From an uncultured Chloroflexia bacterium (lineage in GTDB: Bacteria > Chloroflexota > Limnocylindria > Limnocylindrales > CSP1-4), in NCBI GenBank assembly GCA_963833225.1, contig CAWHXD010000006.1, positions 96,001-160,000 on the forward strand: a stretch of DNA of 64,000 bases. Reading direction: 5' to 3'. The notes under the pieces are model-generated. The model saw only the letters and a list, made by a program, of their open reading frames with translations, did no database searches and was not told the DNA's origin. Made by a program: the position numbers and the translations under genes. Positions 55,627-64,000 of the stretch are shown one piece after another (the first letter of the stretch is position 1; every line of letters begins with the position of its first letter).

Positions 55627-58600
55627 CTACTTGAACCTGAAGTTGGCGGTCCACACGGATCCGTCCCTCAGCCCCACCTGGAGCTGGCGGCAGGATCCTG
55701 CGTACGACTTCGGCGTCTTCCAGTTGTACTGGTAGCGGCCGCTGCCGGCGCTGTACACGAGGCCGCTCGACGAGACGACGACCGTCTCATCGACGATCTC
55801 CTCCTGCGCGCCACTGTCGCAGCTGATCGTCACGGACTTGGGGTAGCCGGCGGTCAAGATCGAGAGACCCCAGTCGCCCCCGAGGCTGAACTTCACCGGA
55901 ATGGCCTGGCCCGCGGTGACCCGGTTGAGCACCTGCGAGTCCACCGGTGCGAAGAAGCCGGTGAACAGCCACCGGATCGAGAACGGACTGGTCCCGTCGT
56001 TGGGTGAGTGCGCGGCGTCACCGTAGAACACCGCCGAGGCGGTCGCGGTGCCGACGGCAGTGTTTGCCGTGTAGGTCACGGACAGCGGCTCGTCCAGGCC
56101 GCCCGCGCCCGTGACCCGCGCCGTGCACGGTGTCAGCGGGCTGCCCGTGTAGGTGATCGTCGCCGGGCAGGTGACCGTCACGGTTGAGCCGGCCGGGGCG
56201 ATTGTGAACAGGTTGGAGGCCGACGCCGGCAGGAGCCCGTCGTCGCCCAGGAACGTTGCCGAGAGCGGGTACGTGCCCGCTCCGGCCGAGAGCGGGATCG
56301 CGAGATCCTTGACCTGGCCGTTCTGATCGGTGACGCCGCTGCGCGTCACCGAGCCAAGATGGACGACAACGAGCTTGCCCGAGATCGGGTTCCCGCTGCT
56401 GGTCAGGGTCGCGGTGATCGAGGCGGTCGTGCCGTAGGTCCCGCTTGCCGCCCCGGACAGGGCGATCGCGCTGGACGCCGGCGTGGAGGCGGCGACACCT
56501 GCGCGGTAGTACGCGGCGGAGTTGTCGTTCCGGCTCACCACGCCAAAGCCGTTGACTGCCTGGACCATGAACTGCGTGCCGGGCGCGAGCGCATTGAGGC
56601 CGCTCCACAGGCTCGGATCGGTGCCGTCACGACCGAGGGGGAAGGACTTCCAGAGCCAGCTGCCGGGCTCTGTGTAGGTCACCCAGACCTGCTGGACGTC
56701 GGCCCTGGGGTCACCCACGACATGCGCGCTGATCCGGGTGTCGCCACCTTGGAGGTCGGTCGTGATGCCGTAGATCGCTGGCGGCGCCGACTTCGACCCG
56801 TCCGCGACGCTGTTGCTGTAGAACAGCCGCAGCTTGAGGTCGCCATACAGCCGGAGCGTGACCGTGTCGCTCCCCGGCGTGGGCGCCCGGTGCTGGGCGG
56901 GCGTGGTGAACAGCGTCACCCCTCCGCCCCCCGCCACGGCGTCGACGTAGTTGGCTGACCACATCTCCGTGGGGTAGAAGGTCGGCGAGTTGAACGACGT
57001 GTGCGCGGACTGCAGCTCGGTGCCGGGTGCGCCGGTCAGCGGCGTGATCGTGCTGTCCGTGTACGAGCCGCCGATGAAGCCGATGCCGCGCAGCACGTAG
57101 CCCGCGTCGGCGGCCTTCGCGCTGGTGGCGTAGAGCGGCAGCACCGGGGCGCCCGATGCGGTGTGGACGCGACCATCGGGGGCGGTGTAGTACGTCGCCG
57201 TGAGCGTGCCGCCGCCGAGCACGTTGAGCGTCTTGGACTGCGGCACGCTGGGCGTGGACTGGTCGAGATCCGCATAGCGCAGGCCCGTGGTGAGCCCGGG
57301 CTCCGTCCCGAACGATGTCAGCGCCACGGCCCCCGATCCTGCGGGGGGATTGATCCGGTTGGGCATGTCCACGCCGAGCATGGGCAGGCCGTACAGCGCG
57401 GACTCGAGGAGCGCCTTCTGGTGGAGATCGCCGATGGCCGGGGTCTGCTTGAGGTATGCGAGCTTGGAGGCCACGAGGGCGTTGCCGATCCCGACCGGGC
57501 TGCTGCCGTTCGGGCCGACCGCGTACCGCAGCTGGTTGGAGAACTCGGTGTAGATCCGCTCGCTGTACTCGATGAAGTCCGTGTCACCGTACTGGTAGCC
57601 GGTGCCCAGGATCGAGGTCACCTGCCGCTTCGCGAAGACCTGCGGCCAGTCCAGCGTCCGGGTGACGTTCGGGATTCCGTCGCCATCGACGATGTTGTAG
57701 CCGGAGTGGCAGCCGATGCTGAAGACGATCGTGTTCTTGAGCAGGTCAGAGGGGGACGCGGCCAGGACATCGTCGGTCGTCATGATCGTCTGGAAGTCCG
57801 CGGCCAGCGCGCTGTTGGCGCTGAAGTGGCCCCCGAGAAACGTGATGTCGTTCCTCTGGCCCAGGAAGGCGCTCTTGAGGGCAGTAGCGTTCCAGCCCGT
57901 CGCGGGAGCCGCCCCGTAGGGATCGATCAGGGAGGCGCCCGCCTGGCCGGTGCCCGCGTCGAGGTTGCCCTTGATCACCAGCGCCGCATCCTCGATGAAG
58001 TCATAGCCGGTGACGAGCGAGGTCGACGGGGTGACGACGCTCTGGTCCAGGTAGGCCTGCACCATGCCGGCGATCTCGGTGGGCGTCTCAACGAGCCGCC
58101 CGACCGGGAGATCGGGGATCGGGAAGTCGATCACCCCGAGCGGGATGCTCGCGCTGGCGCCGTAGGTGTCCTGTCCGAGGGTGTAGTTGCTCCGGAGGCT
58201 CGCCTCTGACGCGGAGTTGCCGTCGACCGGCGGGAAGTAGTTGACCTCCGGGCCGATGGACGAGGTGTCGGGGTACCGGAAGAACGGCAGAACGTTGTCG
58301 CCGCCGGCGAGAACCACGTACTTGATCCCGCCGGAGGTGTTGCCCTTCCGGTAGGCATCGACGATGTCCTTGCCTGCCTGCGCGACGAGGTTCTTGGCCC
58401 AGACGCAGCCCGTGTTGGCATCGGCCAGCGCCTGCAGGTCGCGGACGCGACCCGGTGCATTGAGGTCGACGACATGACCATTGGTCGCGGAGGCGAGATC
58501 CCCGAGCTTCGCGACCATCCCGGAGGTGGCGAGGCCGCCAAACCGCGAGGTGTCGGTGAGGATGATCGTGTCGTACGTGTTCGTGATCGGTCCCGGCTTG

Positions 58601-60813
58601 ACGCTGAGGGCCGGGTTGTATGCTCCCTTGTCCGGGTCGAACGCGTTGGCGACCGGGGTGCACAGGTTGCTGTCGGCTGTCACGCTCAAGGTGAACGGCT
58701 GGGCGAGGCTCGAGACCCCGTTCTTGCCGTTGACCCGGATATAGAAGTCGCCGGTGCTGGTCCAGGTGTTGGACGCGGCATGCTCGGTCGCGAGGCCCAG
58801 GTTGTTCGACCAGGCGATGAGGCTGTAGACCTGGGCGGCGGAGAAGCTGTCCGGTGAGAACCCGGAGCCACTGAAGCCCGATCCACTGAAGCCGGACCCG
58901 GAGAAGCCCGAGCCACTGAAGCCCGAACCGCTGAAGCCGGAGCCCGAGAAGCCCGAACCGCTGAAGCCGGAGCCCGAGAAGCCGCTGCCGGAGTAGGAGT
59001 CAGGACTGAAGCCGGACCCGGAGAAGCCCGAGCCGCTGAAGCCGGACCCGGAGAAGCCCGAGCCGGAGAAGCCCGAGCCGGAGAAGCCCGAGCCGCTGAA
59101 GCCGGACCCGGAGAAGCCCGAGCCCGCGAACTCCGCGCTCAACTTCGTGAGATCCTGCTCGGCCGCGAGGGCATCGTAGGTCTGCTTGATGTCACGGAAC
59201 AGGTAGACGTCGTAGTCCTCGGGGACGTTCGAGAGGTCCAGCGTGACGCTGCCGCCCGGGACCACGTGGACCTTGAACCAGCGGGCCGTGCCGGGCTGGT
59301 CGATCCAGGTCCCGGAGGACACGGGCGTGCCATCCCCGCTGACCCGCAAGGCCCGCGGCCAGGTGTCGTTGTCGGGGCTGTTCACCACGCATGGTGAGAA
59401 GCCGGAGTAGCGGCCGGCCGGGCCAGTGACACGCGCCGCGATGAACCGCCGACCATCGCCGGGCACGCCATCGATCGAGTTCGGCGTCTCGTTGGCGGGC
59501 GTGCTCGGGTTGAAGAACGTGTTGCCGTTGTCGTCGGTGGTGACAGAGATCGCCCCAAAGTCCGTGGAGCCCTCGGCAGGAAAGACGCCGTCAGGGCACG
59601 AGGATGCGGAGGCGAAGGTGATCGTGTAGGAGGTGTTCGGGTCGGCGCTGATCCGGCCCGCATAGATCGTGGTGTCCGTGCCCGGTGCGTTGTAGGCATT
59701 GGTCAGCAGTGGCAAGCCGACCTCTGCGGGCGCTGGGACGGTGACGGAGATCGTCACATCGTGCGTGATCTCGCCAACCTGACCGCGGAGGACGACCTCG
59801 TAGTCACCCGGTGTCGCATCGGCCGCGGCGGTGACGCTGACGGTCGCCGTCGAGCTCTCGCCGTCATAGGTCGCGTCCGCGCTCACGCCGGTGGCGCCCT
59901 CGTCAGTGGAGGTCACCGAGGCGATGGTGGCATCGAATGAGGACCCCTCTTCGGTCAGGTTGACGGGGACGGCGCTGTCGCTCGACTGGCCCTGCTGGAC
60001 GAGCAGCGTGCCCGGATCCGGGTCACCGAACGAGAAGTCAGGCTCGGCGGCGACCGCCACCACGGAGACGTCGTCGAGGGCGATACCTTGCGAAGATCCA
60101 CCGGCGTCGGTCGAGGCGAATTCGATGGTCGTGCTCGTGCTCTCGGCGGCGCCCGTGAAGGACAGGGAGCCTGCCTGGTAGTTCATGTCGTTGGAGCTCT
60201 TGTCCGGCTTGATGGCGGTGAAGTCGTCCGCCGGCACACCCGCGGACACGCGCATCGAGGCGGTGTCCACCCCTGCCCCGCTCCCGTCCCAGTTCATCGA
60301 GTAGCTGAACGTCAAGATGTACTGCTGGCCTGGCGTGGTCGGGATTGCCTGGCTGATCGTGCTGGCACCGGGGCTCCCGTCAAGGTCGATTGACTGTTGT
60401 CCCTCGAACGCCGGCCAGTACGGCTCTTGAATGAGATCGATCGAGCCGCGCGAGATGGTCCAGCCGGTCAGCTTCGGATCGCCGGCGAAGATCGTGTCGA
60501 ACACTCCAGTGCGAGTGACCGTCGGCGACTCGAAGCTGCCGTTCTGGACTAGGTTCTCGGCTGGGACCCCGGGGTTCGACGCCAGCGCCGGGGCTGGCTG
60601 TGCGGAACCGGCGAGCGCCGGGGCCGGCACGAGTGCCGTCAGGCTCGTGGAGCCGATCAGGATCGCGGCGGCGAGGGCCGCCACGCGGTCCAGGACCGCC
60701 CAGGAACGACCGCCGTTCCAGCGTCCCCGATGTCCCCCGTGCTTGGCGAGGATCGGGCGACCGGGTTGCTGGCCGGCCGCGCCGGTCGGCGCGCGGTCGA
60801 AACGGGATGACAC
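55627..60813 (-). CDS. large secreted multidomain protein: DUF642-like, Ig-like, GSGFS repeats, C25 (gingipain)-like peptidase, PxKF-like C-terminus
   Basis: Signal-like segment ending APALA; NLVQNGSFE..IDLDG; YVVLAGGD..LPF, LPVGRL, GGHF, SIGCHSG; IPVKFSL; start uncertain. Confidence 0.82.
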   Translation of the reverse strand: MSSRFDRAPTGAAGQQPGRPILAKHGGHRGRWNGGRSWAVLDRVAALAAAILIGSTSLTALVPAPALAGSAQPAPALASNPGVPAENLVQNGSFESPTVTRTGVFDTIFAGDPKLTGWTISRGSIDLIQEPYWPAFEGQQSIDLDGSPGASTISQAIPTTPGQQYILTFSYSMNWDGSGAGVDTASMRVSAGVPADDFTAIKPDKSSNDMNYQAGSLSFTGAAESTSTTIEFASTDAGGSSQGIALDDVSVVAVAAEPDFSFGDPDPGTLLVQQGQSSDSAVPVNLTEEGSSFDATIASVTSTDEGATGVSADATYDGESSTATVSVTAAADATPGDYEVVLRGQVGEITHDVTISVTVPAPAEVGLPLLTNAYNAPGTDTTIYAGRISADPNTSYTITFASASSCPDGVFPAEGSTDFGAISVTTDDNGNTFFNPSTPANETPNSIDGVPGDGRRFIAARVTGPAGRYSGFSPCVVNSPDNDTWPRALRVSGDGTPVSSGTWIDQPGTARWFKVHVVPGGSVTLDLSNVPEDYDVYLFRDIKQTYDALAAEQDLTKLSAEFAGSGFSGSGFSGSGFSGSGFSGSGFSGSGFSGSGFSGSGFSPDSYSGSGFSGSGFSGSGFSGSGFSGSGFSGSGFSGSGFSGSGFSGSGFSPDSFSAAQVYSLIAWSNNLGLATEHAASNTWTSTGDFYIRVNGKNGVSSLAQPFTLSVTADSNLCTPVANAFDPDKGAYNPALSVKPGPITNTYDTIILTDTSRFGGLATSGMVAKLGDLASATNGHVVDLNAPGRVRDLQALADANTGCVWAKNLVAQAGKDIVDAYRKGNTSGGIKYVVLAGGDNVLPFFRYPDTSSIGPEVNYFPPVDGNSASEASLRSNYTLGQDTYGASASIPLGVIDFPIPDLPVGRLVETPTEIAGMVQAYLDQSVVTPSTSLVTGYDFIEDAALVIKGNLDAGTGQAGASLIDPYGAAPATGWNATALKSAFLGQRNDITFLGGHFSANSALAADFQTIMTTDDVLAASPSDLLKNTIVFSIGCHSGYNIVDGDGIPNVTRTLDWPQVFAKRQVTSILGTGYQYGDTDFIEYSERIYTEFSNQLRYAVGPNGSSPVGIGNALVASKLAYLKQTPAIGDLHQKALLESALYGLPMLGVDMPNRINPPAGSGAVALTSFGTEPGLTTGLRYADLDQSTPSVPQSKTLNVLGGGTLTATYYTAPDGRVHTASGAPVLPLYATSAKAADAGYVLRGIGFIGGSYTDSTITPLTGAPGTELQSAHTSFNSPTFYPTEMWSANYVDAVAGGGGVTLFTTPAQHRAPTPGSDTVTLRLYGDLKLRLFYSNSVADGSKSAPPAIYGITTDLQGGDTRISAHVVGDPRADVQQVWVTYTEPGSWLWKSFPLGRDGTDPSLWSGLNALAPGTQFMVQAVNGFGVVSRNDNSAAYYRAGVAASTPASSAIALSGAASGTYGTTASITATLTSSGNPISGKLVVVHLGSVTRSGVTDQNGQVKDLAIPLSAGAGTYPLSATFLGDDGLLPASASNLFTIAPAGSTVTVTCPATITYTGSPLTPCTARVTGAGGLDEPLSVTYTANTAVGTATASAVFYGDAAHSPNDGTSPFSIRWLFTGFFAPVDSQVLNRVTAGQAIPVKFSLGGDWGLSILTAGYPKSVTISCDSGAQEEIVDETVVVSSSGLVYSAGSGRYQYNWKTPKSYAGSCRQLQVGLRDGSVWTANFRFK
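58841..59124 (-). repeat. coding 15-nt tandem repeat: (GSGFS)8-PDSYS-(GSGFS)9-PDSFS
   Basis: Phe codons recur at exact 15-nt spacing, with synonymous variation between units. Confidence 0.95.
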
Positions 60814-60963
60814 AGGGAGGCCTCCTCGGGTTCAGGCACCAACGCGAGGACGACGCGCAGGGGCAGCCAGGAACAGGGTCCCGGCGGTGCCGGCAAGTAT
60901 GTGACCTTTGGCAGGGTTTGTGTAGGCCGTTCGTCCCGCCCCGCGAAACGCGGATGCGCTCGC

Positions 60964-63900
60964 CTACGAGGAAGCGGTGCCAGGGGGCTCCACGCACAGG
61001 GCCAGCGCGAGGTCAACGGCCGCCGCCGCCTCACGCTCCAGCCCGCGGCCGAAGGCGGCCGCGGCCTCGGGCTCGCCGAGCGCGGCCCGTGCTGCCCGGA
61101 GCTCCGCCTCAAGCTCCGCCCCACGCGCGACGGGTCGCGCGGCCCCGATGTCGGCCCGCATCCGGTCGGCGGCGCCCAGCAGCTCGAGTCCCGTGGCCGG
61201 ATCGGCCTCGGCGGCGATCACGGCCACGTCCTCGATCACCTCCGCCAGGTCGTACGGGTCGTCGAGGCGCCCGAAGGCCCGGATCGACTCGGCGAAGATC
61301 TGGCGGGCACGATCCGTGTCGCCCAGCCCGCGGCGGGCCTTGCCGAGGTTGAAGAAGGCAAGCGAGAGGAGCCACGGGTCGCCGACCTCACGTGCGAGGC
61401 GCACCGACTCCTCGTAGCGCTCAGCCGCCTCGGCAAACCGACGCTCGTAGAGATCGATCACGGCGAGGTTGTTGAGCGACAGGGCGATCGCCCACCGGTC
61501 CCCGACCGCGGTGCGAATGGCCAGCGCCTCCTCGTTGAGCCGCCGTGACTCCCCGAAGTCGGCGGCATACTCGGCCACGATGGCAAGGTTGGACAACAAT
61601 CGGCCGAGCTGGTCGCGATCGCCGTGGCGCTCCCGGATCCTGAAGCTCTCCAGGTATCGAGCGCGCGCGTTCTCGTATTCCCCCCGCTGGGCGGCGATGG
61701 TGCCCGACAGGTGGAGGACAACGCCGATCCCGACCTCGTCGTTGAGCCTGGTGAACAGGGCACGGGCCTCGTCCACGTGGGCGGACGCCTCGTCGTATCG
61801 TCCCTGCTTGCGTGCGACCTCGGCGAGGGCGGCCAGCGCCTCGGCCTCACCGCGCTGATGGCCAATGGCGCGCGCCAGCGACAGGGCCAGCTCGTCGATC
61901 TCGGCGGCGCGCGCCCAGTCGCCGGTCAGCTCGTACGCCTTGCCCAGCGCGAGGCGGGCCCGCATGCACTCCTCGTCCTCGAGCAGCGGGACGAGGCGCT
62001 CGTAGTACTCGACGGCCGCCTTGTTGGCGTACGAGGACTGGGCCGCCTCCGCCGCCCTCCAGAGGTACTCCCGCCTCTTGTCTTCGAGGTTGCTCCGGTA
62101 GTAGTGATGCTCCAGCAAGGGCACGTGCCGCTCCAGGTCTCCGGCCCCGGTCCGCTCGAGGTGCTCGGCCACGCGGCCATGGAGGATGGCGCGCAGGGCG
62201 AACGGCAGGCTCTCGTATGCGACCTCCTGGGTCACGACGTGCTTGAACATCCACGCCTGGTCCTCCTCGCGATCGAGAACCACGAGGTCCAGCGTGCGCA
62301 GCGCGTCAAGGTGCCCGAGGACGCTCGGCAGGCTGCCGAGCTCCTCGTACGTGGCCGGCAGCATCGGGGCGGGGAACACGCGGCCGATCACGCTGGCGAC
62401 CTTGAGCGTGCGGCGCGGGCCTTCGGCGGCCGCGTCGATGCGGCTCAGGACCAGCGTGTGCAGGCTCTGGGGCAGATCGATCGCCTCGACGGCGGACGGG
62501 TCCGACGCGTCGATGCCGGAGGCCACGATGAAGTTGAGCAGCTCCTCGACATAGAACGGATTGCCATCGGAACGGGCAGCCACGAGCTCCACCAGGGCGT
62601 CCGACACGGTCGTGCGTCCGCCCACGAGCTGCTCCATCTTGGAGCGGGCGAGCTGGGCCACCTCGTCCGGTTCCATCCTGTCCAACACCAGCTCGGAGAA
62701 CCCGGCGAGCCGCTCGACCCCAAGCCCGCCGCCCGGCTCCGTCTCGGGACGATAGGCCAGCACGAACAGGACGGGCATCCCATCCGCCGCACGCGCGAGC
62801 ACTCCGAGCAGGTCACGTGACAGCTCGTCGATCCAGTGGCAGTCCTCCAGCACCGCGATCAGCGGCGCCTCGCCCGCCCTCGCCCGGAGGCAGGAGACCA
62901 GCAGGTCCTCGAGCGATGCCTTGCGCAGCTTGGCGTCGAACGTGCGGGTGAGCGGCGAATCGGGGATCGACAGCCCCACGATCTCGGACAGGAGCGGCGC
63001 GCGGGCGACAAGCGCCGGATCGATCGCCCCCAGGTATCGCTCCAGAGCGGCGACCTGACGATCGCGCGGATCGTCGTCCTCGAGGCCCAGCAGGCGACGC
63101 CAGATCTCGCGCCAGACGAAGTACGGTGTCTTTGTCCCGTAGGACTGGCACTCCCCGAAGGCCACGATCTGGCCCGTCCGGCGAACGTTTCGCACGAACT
63201 CGGCGACAAGCCGGGACTTGCCCATCCCGGCCTCTGCGGCGATGCCGACGATCCGGCCGTTGCCGGCCGCCACCTCGGCGAGCCGGCCCTCGAGCATCGC
63301 CAGCTCGCGCCGCCGCCCGACCAGCCCCAGCTCGAACCGCGTCTTGCGGCGCGAGGCCCGCTCCAGAGAGCCGGTGAGGGCCCACGTCTCGATCGGCTCG
63401 CTCTTGCCCTTCACGGTCAAATCCGGGATGCGCTCCCAGATGAAGACCTCGCCGGCCGCCTCGCGCAGCGCACCCGTGACGTAGATCCGGCCGGGCGGTG
63501 CCGCCGACATGAGGCGGGCGGCGAGGTTCACCGCGTCACCCAAGCAGACGAAGGTCCGGCGCATCTCGTGGCCATAGGTGCCCGACCGAAGCCGCCCCTG
63601 GGTCATCCCCACCTGGATCCCGGTGGCGGCGGTCGTCTTCCGAGGTCACGCAGCTCGAGGGCTGCGGCGGCGGCCCGCGCGGCATCATCCTCGTGGGCGT
63701 GCGGCGAGCCGAACACGCCGTACAGGTAGGCGCCCTTGTCCCCGAGGGTGAGCTGGAGCACGTTGCCGTCGTAGCCGTTGAGGACTCGCTGCGCCGCGCG
63801 GACGAACTCGTCCAGCTTGCTGATCGCGTCGTCATCGTCGTCGTAGTCGATCCCGCCGAACCGCAGGAACACCGGGATCGCCGGCCGGAGCTCGGCAAGG

Positions 63901-64000
63901 AACTCGCCGCGACCGGTCCGCAGCCGCTCGTAGACCGCGGGCAGCAGCCACGGGCGGACGAGATCCTCGGGCAGTGGCGCCGGCTGGTGGCCGGGCTCCT
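60964..64000 (-). CDS. class III nucleotide cyclase + AAA/STAND-type ATPase + TPR protein; 5' end outside the window; apparent frameshift ~63640
   Basis: GDKG..FGSPHAHEDD, LGDAVNLAARLM, AEAGMGKSRL, VLEDCHWID, GNPFYVEE, FKH, C-terminal TPRs. Confidence 0.88.

Noticed and set aside
58841-59124. Tandem repeat as a CRISPR array
   Set aside because: 15-nt in-frame units without spacers, with synonymous variation, and no cas genes.

Overview
Very GC-rich bacterial chromosomal segment, probably origin-proximal (rpmH-rnpA-yidD-yidC-jag, parAB with a parS site, gyrB/gyrA). Gene content and style suggest Chloroflexota (Limnocylindria-like), but this is inference. Housekeeping blocks: ssrA/smpB, ftsEX-ctpA, prfB with its programmed +1 frameshift, secA, prs, mreD-mrdA-rodA, rplU-rpmA-rpmE. 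Accessory genes: a P1B-5 ATPase-hemerythrin fusion, two ArsR regulators, arsM, PspC/LiaF-like envelope genes, an intact ISLre2/ISKra4-type IS, a 1728-aa secreted C25-like protein with GSGFS repeats, and a cyclase-ATPase-TPR protein. The most unusual signals are: (1) a urease-like enzyme that keeps all metal ligands but has a remodelled active site and no ureDEFG, flanked by a Ser/Cys proline-racemase-family gene, a Cys-less class V PLP enzyme and an EamA transporter, all between smpB and ssrA; (2) a rod-shaped 6S-like structured RNA candidate; (3) a micro-ORF/hairpin element with a very long Shine-Dalgarno upstream of smpB; (4) an 8-Cys miniprotein coupled to prfB. Frameshifts clustered in essential genes (secA, prs, gyrA) are best explained as sequencing or assembly errors.
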